A stretch of 49,562 nt of DNA from Octopus bimaculoides (GCF_001194135.2 NC_068993.1:42346481-42396042), one strand, 5' to 3'. Counted from the stretch's first letter, positions 24,084 through 37,935 are shown. Numbers and translations: made by a program. Notes: generated by a model not told the origin, from the letters alone.

Positions 24084-24830
24084 CTAGACATCATATATTT
24101 GTAAAGAAAGGGAAATAGGATTTGATACATATGTTGTCCCCCTATAAAATCTAACCCTAAAATCAATTCGATTGCATCAGTAAAATGTATTGAACCAAAA
24201 TGTGTTGCAGTAGTTTTCTGCCGGATTTGATGAACAAATATTGACTTCTTTTGAAATAAATAAATGTCTGTTCTCCCTAGAATGGGTTTGAACCACTAAC
24301 TATTCGATAATTACAACAGAAAAGATAAGAAAGTCATAAATCCGCATTTACTCTCATTCTCTCTCTTGTCTTTACGATTGCAAGATCCAGTATAATCAAT
24401 AGTTCATGTAGATATGGGTTTCACTAGAATGATTCGACTGATCAAGATGGATGCATACAGTCAGCAAACACGAAATGAATGAAAAAAAAGTTATAAATTG
24501 CAAATAAGTTACTTGCCTCATTTTTCTCTTTTATTTCCACTTTCTTCTTTTTTTGTTTTTGTTCATCTGAAATAATCTCTCATAATAACCATTTGTATTT
24601 GGATACATCTGTTTTTTTGTTTTGCATTAGTGGATTTTTGTTTTCCGAGTTTGTCTTGAGCAGTCAAACTACAAGAGAATCATGGACATTTTGCTACACT
24701 GTGTTAGTGAAAATCAGATTCAAAGCATATATTAGTAAAGACTTAAGATTGTATAATGTTATAAATCGATGTAGTTACTTTTATCTATTAAACTAATATC
24801 TCTCTCTGTCTCTGAATCTCTCTCTCTCCC

Positions 24831-24908
<78 letters not shown>

Positions 24909-25323
24909 AATTTTTCCATCTCTCTACGTCTCTCTACTTATGTTTGAAATATTTGGTAAATGTAAAATTAAACTTGGTGGAAGCACTACCAAAATAGCCA
25001 ATACTGACAAATGTTTTCTTGGAAGAGAGTCCAATAAATTTTTAGAAATATGAGATGTACTGTTGCAAAGGAAATTATTGAAAATAGAAAGAACCATATA
25101 CATATCTCAAAATAGAAACACTACGATAAATAGAATGACGGTAGGTCAGCTTGGCTACGATGAAGTTACAGCCAGCAAAGAATATGATACTTGCTTTTAG
25201 ATCTAACTCGATTAGAAGAAAAATTACTGGAGTGTCCTTACTTATAGCCAAACTTCGATGTGTCTGCTAGAGTTTTTCCTTCTGCATCTGTCTTTCACCA
25301 TCTTCAAGATAACGCATGCAATG

Positions 25324-25371
<48 letters not shown>

Positions 25372-25524
25372 NNNNNNNNNNNNNNNNNNNNNNNNNNNNN
25401 NNNNNNNNNNNNNNNNNNNNNNNNNNNNNNNNNNNNNNNNNNNNNNNNNNNNNNNNNNNNNNNNNNNNNNNNNNNNNNNNNNNNNNNNNNNNNNNNNNNN
25501 NNNNNNNNNNNNNNNNNNNNNNNN

Positions 25525-25565
<41 letters not shown>

Positions 25566-25720
25566 CCATCCCCACATTTTCACTTCTTCACACCTACATA
25601 CACACACACATACGTTAAGACACCAGCATTCTCTCACTCACACGCACCTTCGTTTTGGGATCACTACTACTTCGTTATCTCCCCTTCTTCTTAACTCTCC
25701 TATGTGACCCTTCTGCCCGG

Positions 25721-25915
25721 CATTCGCCATGATAGATCGCTGACCACTACACACATTTTTTCTCTCCTTGTTTCTTTCCGTTTTCCTTTCTGTAGAAGAG
25801 CGTAGGCTCGAAACGTTAAAGACTTTCTCAATTCCCGGGCGTTATACTAATACATCTATTTGTTTTCAACACCACCTGTCTTCGTCTGTTGTTTTTTTTT
25901 TGTGAATTCTTCCTA
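25721..25915 (+). mobile_element. Short interspersed repeat carrying a hammerhead-like motif (Penelope-like or retrozyme-like), copy 1
   Basis: Homologous to the reverse complement of 38355-38530. Confidence 0.75.
25786..25821 (+). ncRNA. Minimal type-I hammerhead-like motif with variant core CUGUAGA
   Basis: Stem I CTTT/AAAG; core CTGTAGA; extra A; stem II GAGC-GTAG-GCTC; GAAA; ACGT palindrome; GTT triplet. Confidence 0.55.
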
Positions 25916-27341
25916 TGTATAAATATATCTGTTGTAGTATAATATAGTACAGTATACCGTTCCCACTTGGTAAGATTAACCAAAAAGTACACCATCTGAT
26001 GAGAGATAAATATTATTTAAATACATTATATATTTTTATGCGCTATTAATAGTTTCATGCGATGAAAACAACTCAGACAGCATGTTATAACACCTCTGGT
26101 ACCTTCACACGATCCTGAGGCTCTGCCCACATTGCATAACAAGCTAAAACAGGACGATAAGGTAAGAGAAAATACGAGAAAATGTGAGAAGGTAGTATGT
26201 GTAATACGTGGAAGGCTGAAAGCACCATAAAACAAAGAAAAAAATAACTGAAAAAAAAACCGTAGGAAGATTAGAATTATATCCTCTTCGACTGTAAAGT
26301 CATAAGGCTGAATGGACAGGGATCTAAAGCTGTTCAACCTAGGGAGGGTGGTATTTTCAAAATTCGCCAACAGAAACATATCTATATGCTTTAGAACTAG
26401 AATTCAGCCTGTGTCGTTGGGTTCTTAAACCTGAAAAACGGATCTGTATTTTTTCAGCTACGCATAGCTTACATTTTCTGATCCGTTGGACTTTTCAACT
26501 ATTTTCCATTTCATTATATGCAGTGTAGCGTGAGTATGTATATATATATATTATATATATATATATATATATATNNNNNNNNNNNNNNNNNNNNNNNNNN
26601 NNNNNNNNNNNNNNNNNNNNNNNNNNNNNNNNNNNNNNNNNNNNNNNNNNNNNNNNNNNNNNNNNNNNNNNNNNNNNNNNNNNNNNNNNNNNNNNNNNNN
26701 NNNNNNNNNNNNNNNNNNNNNNNNNNNNNNNNNNNNNNNNNNNNNNNNNNNNNNNNNNNNNNNNNNNNNNNNNNNNNNNNNNNNNNNNNNNNNNNNNNNN
26801 NNNNNNNNNNNNNNNNNNNNNNNNNNNNNNNNNNNNNNNNNNNNNNNNNNNNNNNNNNNNNNNNNNNNNNNNNNNNNNNNNNNNNNNNNNNNNNNNNNNN
26901 NNNNNNNNNNNNNNNNNNNNNNNNNNNNNNNNNNNNNNNNNNNNNNNNNNNNNNNNNNNNNNNNNNNNNNNNNNNNNNNNNNNNNNNNNNNNNNNNNNNN
27001 NNNNNNNNNNNNNNNNNNNNNNNNNNNNNNNNNNNNNNNNNNNNNNNNNNNNNNNNNNNNNNNNNNNNNNNNNNNNNNNNNNNNNNNNNNNNNNNNNNNN
27101 NNNNNNNNNNNNNNNNNNNNNNNNNNNNNNNNNNNNNNNNNNNNNNNNNNNNNNNNNNNNNNNNNNNNNNNNNNNNNNNNNNNNNNNNNNNNNNNNNNNN
27201 NNNNNNNNNNNNNNNNNNNNNNNNNNNNNNNNNNNNNNNNNNNNNNNNNNNNNNNNNNNNNNNNNNNNNNNNNNNNNNNNNNNNNNNNNNAGAGGTGGTG
27301 GAGAAAATGAAGATGAAAAATAAAAAAGAAAACAAGTTTAC

Positions 27342-27381
<40 letters not shown>

Positions 27382-27625
27382 GTGATGGTGATGAAGATGA
27401 TGATGATGAAGTAGAAGAAATAGGAAATGAAGATAGAGAGAAGACGATGATGCTCTATGGAGGTTAATTAAATTATCGGACAGAATTGCAAGCTGTTTTT
27501 TTGGGGGGGTTTTTTTGTATTTGTTATTGATATCTTTACTCATTTGTTTTCCTCTTGTTCCAAGCAGTAAAAAAACCACAACAAAAAAAAACGAAACAAA
27601 ACAACACGAAAACAAAGACCATTAC

Positions 27626-27759
27626 AGGAATTGTTATATTTCGTCGGCTGTATTGGATCTGCATTCACACATTTTGAGAAAAGAGTAGAGCAAGGGAAGT
27701 TATTATACGAATATAATATCAGCAAATTGTACAAGAATATTTTACGCAATTTCAAAAAT
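27626..27759 (-). CDS. Candidate exon (134 nt, phase 2 to 1): FLKLRKIFLYNLLILYSYNNFPCSTLFSKCVNADPIQPTKYNNS
   Basis: Acceptor TTCTCCCTCTATCAG; weaker donor CCT|GTAATG; one open frame. Confidence 0.25.
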
Positions 27760-28117
27760 CTGATAGAGGGAGAACTGTAAGATATGTATGTATAACAGTA
27801 AATCTAATATATTTTATATCATTTACAGAATAGATTCTAAACATTTTTTTTTTCTGTCTAGCTCTAGTACATCGGTTACGGTTGAGTAATTTTGTGTAAC
27901 TTTTGTTATATCGAAAAATCTATAACGTCCATCTTTTATTCTGACTGAAGGGGAATTATATAATTATTTCTCTTTTATTTGTGCTTATAAGATTTCGTAA
28001 TCTATTGATAATATATTTTTTCGGGATGTGGGCATTTTATACGTATTTTTCTTCTTTTTCTTCTTTTGTATTTGTGTATTTGAGTGAATTGACTGTTCTC
28101 AGAATATCTTTCATTTT

Positions 28118-28198
28118 TTATTATCATTATCATTTATCTGTACATTATTATTATTATTGTTGTTGTTGTTGCTGTAGTTGCTGTTATTATTATTATTA

Positions 28199-28256
<58 letters not shown>

Positions 28257-28282
28257 CATTATTATTATTATTATTATTAGTA
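28118..28282. repeat. (TTA)n/(TTG)n microsatellite; the (TAA)n tail or target of the adjacent element
   Basis: Seen directly. Confidence 0.97.
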
Positions 28283-28289
28283 GTATAAG

Positions 28290-30560
28290 ATACATTTATC
28301 TTTACCTTCAATATATAAAATCATTTTCTTCTCTCCATGTCTGTTCTTACATTACCATTGTATCAAGGATTTTCCAGATAATACTTGCTGGGTCAGATTT
28401 CTGTACTATACTCACTCGCAGATCAAGGACTAGTTTGCCAGGTTTGCTCACAAGTTCTTCGCCTCAGTCCCCATGCCCTCAATGATAATTTATGGGATTA
28501 TGACTTTGTTAGCTTTTCTTTTCTGTATTTGATTTCATACTTCAAGTGAGTATAATACAGTATCTCTTTTCTCTTTTTCTTCACTGTGTTATGAAATGGG
28601 AATGCTAGGTCTATAACAACACAGCATTTCGTGTTTTTAATCAATGATTACAGTATTCAGCTGACTGTGTTCTTTTATTTCAGTATGTATAGAAACCGCC
28701 AATAGCCTTGCCTTATCTTTTCAGAGCCTTCTATTTGTATTCCTACAGAATGGTGATAGCTGTTTTCTGTGCGTGCAAAACTGAATCTGTTGTAAAATAT
28801 ATTCTAAGCTACCTCTGAAGATTGCCATTCAGAGTGAATATTCGAATCTTTGCACATTTTATATTTGAGTAAACAGTCCTATTAATCTATCATTCTCTTG
28901 ATACAAGTTACCCTTAGGGCCTCTTCCTGTGTTGCTGAAACCATTTCCTCGGTTTCTTTAATCGGAGACAGCTGTGCTTGTCATCCGTTATCTCTGTTGT
29001 CTTCTTTTTATATATTGAATGCTATTGACTCTCTTTAACCCTTTTTCTTCTTTTCTAGTATAACCAACTAGTTCACATTTGACCAGAACTACATAGTTCT
29101 TTGCATTGTGAGCCGCTTCCATGTTTTCCTATTGATAACTTTCAGTTTAGCCTCTCCCCATTTAATAAATCCTATTCCTTACTTCATTACTTCATTATCC
29201 ATACTAACCTCAACTTCATTGTTTGCCTGATTTTTCTCAATTTTTTTAATTTTCTTCATTCTACGAAAATCTTTGCTTGTGAGAACTTCTTTTGTTTCTG
29301 TAGTTTCGAATTTTATCACTTTCCAATATTTTAAGATAGTTAAATTCTACTACTTTTAATGATTTTATATTCTAATTATTTGATACATTCCAGCACTTTT
29401 TAATGTATTTTCCTTGTTTCATCTCAATTTTAAATGTCTTCTCGATGTTAATACTAAATTTTCATAGAGTTTATATTAAGGAATCCAGTTAATTCCTGTC
29501 TTTGCCTTAAAGATATAAATCATCTGCAAACAGGAAATGATTCACTACTTCCCTATTCTTCTCCAACGAGCATTTTTCGTTAATTTTGTTTAGTATAATC
29601 AATAAGGACATTGGTGCGATTGCAAACAGAATATAAGAGAACCAGTCCCATTAAAAGATTTTGTGATCTGTATATCTGAAAATCTTTAACATCCAGAAAT
29701 TACTAATTCTATTCTCAAAAGTCTCGTTACACTTTCTAACATCCATATCAATATAACGTTTCTTGAGATTTTCAAGTTCTAAACACCACTTGATCCACGA
29801 GTCTGGATCAGATTATACGTTTTATTTAAATCGATCAGTGCGATTTTTTTAGTTGCTAATTTCCTTCTACAACACTTCAATACCTTTATTCTTCAGTGTT
29901 AATTGCGTTTTCGTTCTTTTGCTCTTTTTCGATAGTTGTTTTGTTCATCGGATATTATGTGTTTCTCACATACATGTTATTTGTTCTGAAATTATATCTG
30001 CTAAGAGATTTTATATAAAAGGTGTACTTGTATTTGCTCGGTAATTTTCAATTTCTATTCCACTATCAAGCAAGTCAATCCGCTCGTTAACCAAAGTAGT
30101 ACATACTCCTTTCACACGCACAGTAGTGTGTCATGTAAACTTAGAAGTTCTTTCAAGCATGGTCTCTAAGTCACTTAGACAAAACCTGGTCGAATAGATT
30201 TCCACATCCCTGCCTTTTTAAAAATTGCTTTTGAATATTTACTTTCGTTATAGGAAATTTTTTTACGCCTCTTCATTTTATTTCGACTTTTCAATTACCG
30301 CTTCCACTGTTTAACTGATTGGCATTGTGTTTCTCATTGTTTTCTTCATCGCCTGTTATGTTATGACTTATTTCCTTTGAGAATATTAACTAGAGGTTTC
30401 TGTTTTGGTTACAAAATGTGATGTTCCTCATTTTGGCTGATTCCCTCTTCGTAAGTTCGTTTTCGGCACCTTTTCCATTACTCACTACTTTAGTTCTCCG
30501 ATAGTAATTCCAATTCCTTTTTGTTTCCTGATCTGACACATTTCTTCTAATATGTTATTC
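28290..30560 (-). mobile_element. Heavily decayed R4/Dong-like non-LTR retrotransposon (reverse transcriptase through RLE)
   Basis: Minus peptides, in the expected order: WFSYILFAIAPMSLLIILNK...VVNHFLFADDLYL*GK (RT domains 4-5); FNYLKILESDKI; KETEEMVSATQEEALR; KVIIP*IIIEGMGTEAKNL. The element ends at (TAA)n. Confidence 0.85.
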
Positions 30561-30794
30561 TCTTCTTTTCAAATTCATGAGTAGTAAACAAAAAAAAAAC
30601 AACAAAAGAGCTCATTTTCCCAGTTGAATAGGTACCATAAGTAAAACATGGTTTCAGGATAAAAAAGAAAAGAATAAATTTCATTTTAAGTAATTTAAAC
30701 GACACCATTAACGATAACAACAACAAGAAAATCTCAAGGGAAAACTTAGAACAGTTTTCGATTAGAGCAGTTCCAGTCTTACTTTATTTGCTAC

Positions 30795-30851
30795 CGTAAT
30801 GTCCAATCGATGGGCTCCAAACATGAATGAAAAGGCGAAGAAAAAGTCTGC
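30795..30851 (-). CDS. Candidate 57-nt symmetric exon
   Basis: Strong acceptor TTTTCTTTCTCACGTTACTCTTTCAG; weak donor ACG|GTAGCA; open in two frames. Confidence 0.25.
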
Positions 30852-30969
30852 CTGAAAGAGTAACGTGAGAAAGAAAATCGCCTTTATGATTTAGTCTCTC
30901 ATTGAAAAGTGAGCAAAACGAAAGTAGCATATATATCTATCGTCCACGCCACAACAGCCTTTCGCTTAC

Positions 30970-31025
30970 CAACTAAAAAGAAATTGCAGACAGCTCTTGC
31001 CAAGCGTCGAATAATAATTTCCCAT
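30970..31025 (-). CDS. Candidate first coding segment MGNYYSTLGKSCLQFLFS (exon 30970-31028)
   Basis: Acceptor AACTTCAG and donor TTG|GTAAGC. An upstream strong donor TCG|GTAAGT (exon end 31121) gives a 92-nt intron, and the spliced leader has an in-frame stop before the ATG. Confidence 0.3.
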
Positions 31026-31417
31026 TTGCTGAAGTTGAACCACGGAACTGTACGCATAACGGTATTCGAAACAGAGAACACGACGAAAAACTGTATTGAG
31101 CAGGTGCGCTACACACTTACCGAGAGGATCGTAGCTCAATGTTTGTTTGGGCCGTATAAAGGATATTGACAAATTGTCACATTTCTGTTGTAGTGTGGAG
31201 AGGTGACAAACGCGAAAGCAACTAAGAACGATATGTAGTTCAGTGGATTTTATATGAATATACGATTCCCTGGAGAGCATAAAGCCATTCTGGAGTTGGG
31301 ATCGAGTGTGTTTGTGGAAGGAAAAAAGAATCGGTAAGACTAAACGGTATCGAACAGAAAGCCCTGCTAATACATGCGCAAAGGTCAGTAAAAGAGAGAT
31401 CAGCAAAACTGCAATTG

Positions 31418-31418
<1 letters not shown>

Positions 31419-31468
<50 letters not shown>

Positions 31469-31512
31469 ATACTAATACTAATACTACTACTACTACTACA
31501 ACAACAACAAAA
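31419..31512. repeat. (ACT)n/(ACA)n microsatellite
   Basis: Seen directly. Confidence 0.95.
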
Positions 31513-32438
31513 AAGCTATAAAACTACAAAATAAACAGTCCACAGTAGCTGCTATTCTTAGGACATCAATCGCTACAGCACTGGAAATAACGGATGAGAT
31601 TACTTCGTTCTTAGATGTAAGAGCAAAAAGGCAGGAAATCGATCAGGAATACGACCAGGAGGACAATGACTAGGAAGACAAGGACGATGACTTTTAAAAT
31701 TCCTCTCTACCTACGAATTATACCACGCTAGCTTTTAGCAATGATATGGAATATTCACAATGTGGTTGAAAGACACTGATAATAGATATTGAAGTGGTAG
31801 AAAACCTCCAAAATAAAGAGCCGGATAAAATAGTTAGCATGAAGAAAAGTGAAGAGAGACTAGCGCCTCCTTCAGAAGAAACTCAGTTCAAGGTGTGCAC
31901 CTTTACTTGGTGAGAATATCCAAAAATTGCCGATAGATTACTGACCATCAAGCGAGGGAGATAAAGATCGAATAGATGATATTGTGGCTTTAAAAACAGC
32001 CGTCCAAAACCTATATATTTTGGCAATCAATGAAACTTGGATACCTATTTACCCAATTTCAAGTACTAAAACATTTACGGAAACAAGAAAAATATAGCCA
32101 GGTTTGTATGTTAGAAGCCCTGATATAATTTATATAGCAGTTTTGCAACGCAACACCGTGCGAGTGAACTTTTTTAAATTATACACTTTTCAATTATATT
32201 TATGTTTATATTTAATCATCTACATCTAATAATTTTATAGAAGTTCAAAAATTTTAACATCTAAATCTATTGTGTAACGTCTATAAATCTTCCATTATTT
32301 ATATACAATTCGTTTATACATCCTCACATGCTTTTGTATCATCATTGTAAGAAATCTATTGTATGTGTGATGAATAATTTGATCCGGCAAGCAGGATAAA
32401 AGAAATAATTATTAAATCGTTATTATTTTGTGTTAGTC

Positions 32439-32636
32439 AAGGCGGCGAGCTGGCAGAAACGTTAGCGCGCCGGGCGAAATGCTTAGTGGTATTTCGTCTG
32501 CCGCTACGTTCTGAGTTCAAATTCTGCGGAGGTCGACTTTGCCTTTCGGGGTGGATAAATTAAGTACCAGTTATGTACTGTGACTGATCTAATCGACTGG
32601 CACCCTCCCACAAATTTTGTGCCTTGAGAAGAAAAG
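32439..32636 (+). mobile_element. tRNA-derived SINE, family A
   Basis: AAGGCGGCGAGCTGGCAGAAACGTTAGC...GAGTTCAAATTC...GATAAATTAAGTACCAGTT. Confidence 0.92.
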
Positions 32637-35600
32637 ATTATTTTCTGCTAGTAATCACCAAGATCGTTGTTGTTGTTATTATTATTACTAATAACAACAA
32701 TAATAATATAATAATAATAATATCATTATTTCTATTATCGATATTTTTAATATTAATATTACCATTACTTTTACTATTAATACTATCAATATTTTCGATA
32801 TAAACAATATTATTATTCGTAGTAATATTATTATCTTTGTCATTGTTATCGTCATCGTCCATCTTGATCATCATCATTATTGCTATCATTATTTTTGCTT
32901 TTTTGTAGTTGTTGGTGTTAGTGACGTTTCTGCTGTCGTCGCTGTTTGTAATGAACGGATGCATGTAAGAGACCTCCAGGGAAAGATTCCAGTTACCACC
33001 ATTAATTTGCTGGTGAGGAATATTTTTTTCTCTTATTTTGCCAACAAAGGCTTTTAGAATATTTGAGCATCCACTCCATTACCCTGAGGTTGAATAATAA
33101 GATTTATCCTTGTACATTTTATATACCTTATATTTTTGTAAACACTTTTTTTTGTTCGTGATTTAATATCACTTCCTTTGGAGAAGAGCGAAGACCTGCT
33201 AGCCACGAATACGGTAGCAAGGAAGACGCCAGAAAACATCTTGGAAACAATTTTCAGAATTTTGTTAACAAAAACACGGATTTAAAAATATCAAACAAAA
33301 GGAAATAACGACAAATAAACATACAAAGCGTATTTGTGAATACAGACACTTATACTTTAACAAATAGAAATGAAGAAAAACAAGCATTGGCTAGCGAAGA
33401 GAAAGACTCGCTGGACGTGTGTCAAGTCAGAGAAAAGAAAAAAACATTTAGAATATGTCTTATCACAAAAGTAGTGCCTCGTTGCGTAATGAATTTTTCT
33501 AGATAAAAAACAAACAAGTGATATACCTCTGCTTCTCAAAAAACTGATGGCGTTGCCACATGCTTAAGAAGCTGTTAGAGAAAATCCTGACCTACATGAA
33601 ACATGATGTGTACTCTATCGACTGCTGGTGAATGCGTGGACATATGTATCTGGTCTTTTATATTCACAACAAAATGAGAATCAGGCGGAACTGAAATGGT
33701 GCATCAGATACCTTCGCATATAATGACAGTGCAGATTTAGGAAGAAGAAAAGCAAATATCATGCTTAGGAAAATCTGAACAGCATTTTTTCTTAGTTGGT
33801 CATTACTTGTGTCGTACAGTGCGAGAAAGATGTGCACGTAGAAATAACAGGAAATGGTTTGGGGTGCGTGAGGTATGGAAATGCAGGTACTGATGCCCCA
33901 ATTTAATACCACACCAGTTTCTTCTAGTGGTACGTTATTGTGATTACAGTAGGGGAAGACCGTCGTGCTATTGGTGCAGATTCGAAAGCTAAGTTGTTAA
34001 ACGTATGAAGGTAAAAGCCTCTTGGCAGCTTTCTGACTAGAAATACAAGGGAATAGGATACGAAGGCGGGGACAAGGACAACAACAGAAGCAGCGACTTC
34101 TTTCAAATATGAAGTTAATACGTCGATAAAATTCTATTCTAACCATTTTTATTCTCATTGAGTGTGTTGTACTTTCTTTAGTTCAATAGTAGGTCTGAGT
34201 TTCGTCTAATTCTCTTGTATCTGTTTCTTAATCTAGCATAACTTTATGTTACTCAGTTTTGCTAGTTTTTGCATATCAACGTTTGCGTAGGCGCTTTGTT
34301 CTAAACCAAATTCCATATCACTTCCTTTAATGAATCTCTGTCATACTGTTTCCAGATGTTGTTGTTTTTTTTTTAATATCTGATTTGTACAACTTGAAGT
34401 ATTTCACGTAGAAAAGATAGCATTTGTATCGCAATAGAATTAACAGACTGATGACAGAACAGAATTAGGAAATGGATTATCTCGTTTCAATAGAAGCTTA
34501 TTGAACAAAATCTAGGAAAAGTTAAAACTAGAAATAAATCCGCTAAGTTTTTCATAGTCTAAAAATGTACACACAAAACTGAATAAGCATGTTTTTGATA
34601 CTTTTTTTCCATAAATGGACCAGGAAATCCATACCAGACAACATTTGAAGCTGCTTCTTAGATAACTAGACTTAATTTAGTGGTTTATCACGATTTAATT
34701 ACGGTAATTATTCGCTGGGTTTTTCGGTTTTTCTCGTTAAATTACGGATCCTTTGGTTTCGCTTCTTTATTTAAGGGGTAACGGAAACATGTGGTTATAA
34801 GGTTCATTTCCTATCAAAGAGAAAACAATGAGATCTCATTTAAACAATTTGTGTGCATTGCGTACATATCGTGCATCGATAAGTTTGTGTGCAGAACAAT
34901 GGAATTTACCATGCAATGTTTCTGTTTATCAACTACATTCATGGCGAGATTCGTTCCGCTGTCTTCCTTTGAGTAGAACATTCAAAGTTGATTGCTATAG
35001 TAATTGTATTTACTCGCTACATATATTATTTAATATTAATTGTAAATGGTTGCGTGGCAGAGACTGATGTATAACTTTCAACTATTCATAGCCAATAAAA
35101 TAAGTAACAGTCAAGTACTTGGTTGATTCAATCGAGTATACAAGTTTATGGTTCTGGTATCAAAGTAAGTAATCAATATTTACTACATTGATTGTTGTGA
35201 GTACAGTGGTACAATAGTTAGAGAGCACAGTACAGCAACAGTTGAAGTCTCGACACACTGAAATATGGTTAAATTTAGCCAAAATCTAAGAGAATTCGCT
35301 TCATAATACACAGAAAATTATGTTGGGAAACGCTTACTTGTCACAAAATTTTATTCATCGTTTCGTAGAACACTGGTATAACACCAACTGTTCGGATGCT
35401 GATGGTCCGGAACCACTTATCATACGTACTGATTCACGAAGAGGAATTTCAAATTCCCAGCTGTATATATAAAATGTAGTCGTTAGTTATGGCCGGTCAC
35501 GTCTATTATTGCTCTAAACAATATAGGCAATCCACAATATCTGCTGACCAGAGGCACATGTCCTCCGTTCTAATGGAGGTAAGAAAAATATCTTAGTCAA

Positions 35601-36153
35601 CATGGTGATGAAAATAGAAAATATCTGAAATGAAATTCTCAACCTGAAAACCTCCTTTAGGAGAGACGTTCTTATCTTCTTTTGAACGGTTCCTGTTCTG
35701 TCCAAAAACGGCCACAAGTGGAACCATTAAAGCTCCGTCTCTCCCAATTGGTGTTTTCGCTTCGACGAATTTCGTTATAGGGATCTTTCTTTGTTGTTCA
35801 AATACATTCCACTGAACAGCCAGAATAATTTTTGCTATCACAGTTTCCTTTCCTTTATACACACGCATACACAGCCACCCACACACATATGTATGTATGC
35901 ATATAAGTATTACATATATACACACATACACTCACAGACACATATATTATATTATGTTATATTATATATTAAATGTATTATAATATAGGTGGACTGTTAG
36001 CATTTAAAACCTACATATACATACATATGTATATACATGTATATATATATATATGTATGTATATACATATATATGTATATGCATATGAATGATTGTATAT
36101 TTATATATGTTAATGCATGCATATGCATACATATACAAATATAGGTATATATG

Positions 36154-36244
<91 letters not shown>

Positions 36245-37718
36245 TCATGTAAAATCTGTAGAAATCAGTAATTAATATTTATAAACACGTAGAGGATTTA
36301 TCCGTTCGAAATTGAGAATACGCTCGGTTTACTAGTCAGAGTTTCGTCATCTTCCATAGTGAGGATATCTGTGTAGAAACGAAGTGAATCATCCATCAGA
36401 ATCGTGTGTGAATGCATGCTTTGTGTATGTATTGTGTGTGTGTTTGTTTGTTCTTCCGTGTGTATTCCTGTGTGTATGTCTGGGTGGGTGTGTTTGTATG
36501 CGTGTTTGTTTGTAGCTGTTAGTGTGCGTGTGTACGTGTGTAACAGTGAGGCTTCAGTGCTCATTGAGGATGCGTGTTCTGAAATGCGATAAAGCATGTT
36601 AGTTGTATATATGGTACAAAATATTGTTCAACTATTGTGAAGGTTCAAATATAGCTATATTATTGACAATACATTCAGTACAATAAGGTTCATCATTTAT
36701 AAAAGGCGCTAAAAAGGTCGTTCTTTGACACAAAAACGCATACCAAAATGCATTGCATGTACATTCAACTTCAAAGCATTCACATCTTTCTACGAGGAAT
36801 TTTTCATTGCTATCTCTGGATTCAAATATACAATACCAAACAAAGCCAAACCGCTACCGGACCGCTCCATTATAGTACTACTAAACATCAAGAGAAAGGA
36901 ATTGCAAAATTGGATACAAATAAGCAAAGAATAGGAGGAAAGGATAACAGAGACCAGATGAAGATACATTAGTGACAGAGGGAGAAGAAGAAGGAAAAGA
37001 GAAGCCAAAAAACAAAAACAACAACATAAATAGAAACAGGAGGGAATCGAACAAGAAGGAACGAAGATATATCAACATGTGGCTTATAAAGATAAACTAG
37101 AAATATTTGCCCTCGAGGTTGTAGATGCTATTTTACTGAACCGTATTGATTTCGATCGAAACATAACTAACATTTCCATTGCTTATAAGCAGCCATCATA
37201 TACAAAATATTATTTTCTGCAGCGATTGCTGTTTCATTGAATTCGAATTCTTCCCCCGAGGGGATATAGGTTTGCATCGGACTTAATGAATCGAGTGATT
37301 CTTGGTGGTAAAAACTGCTATGAATACTAAGGTAGCTCTCCTTCCTGACTAAATCGATACTTTATGAATGTTGGTAATTTTTTAAAGAAATCACCACATG
37401 TAAAGGGTGACAGATATTTTAAAACTATAACAACAACAACAACAACAACAACAAACTTTTTAAAATATCTAGCTCAAACATAAAGTCAACATTAATTCCG
37501 TGTCTTCAGTTTAAAAGTTTTCAATTGTACTCATTTATATACATCTAAATTTTCTGTTATTTTCTCCCCTCGCTGTTATGTACACAAAACAAATATATTC
37601 TTATGCACTTCCATAAACAAATTAAGATATTCTATATACCGAATCTCACATGCAAATACCCACAGATACATATATCATCATAAACATAGTTGCCATGATC
37701 ATTATTACTATCATTAAT

Positions 37719-37935
37719 AAGACAGGGACCTGGCAGAATCGTCAGCATACCAGATAAAATGCTTAGCGGCGTTTTATCTGTCATTGCTCTCTGAGTTCAA
37801 ATGCAACCGTGGTCGATGTTGCTTTTCATCTTTGCGGGCTTGAATAAGTGGTTACCAATTGAACACTAGTGCCGGTGAAATCGACTTAACTCCTTCCCCG
37901 AAATCACTCGCCTAGTGCCAACATTTGTAAACAGT
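37719..37935 (+). mobile_element. Diverged SINE, family A
   Basis: CTGGCAGAATCGTCAGCA...AAATGCTTAGCGG...GAGTTCAAAT. Confidence 0.8.

Noticed and set aside
25996-26025. CTGATGA motif
   Set aside because: No downstream GAAA or pairing stems; a 7-mer is expected by chance.
27571-27780. 70-codon plus-strand open frame (PLQELLYFVGCIGSAFTHFEKRV...)
   Set aside because: No ATG or credible acceptor; it is antisense to a candidate exon and has no recognised homology.
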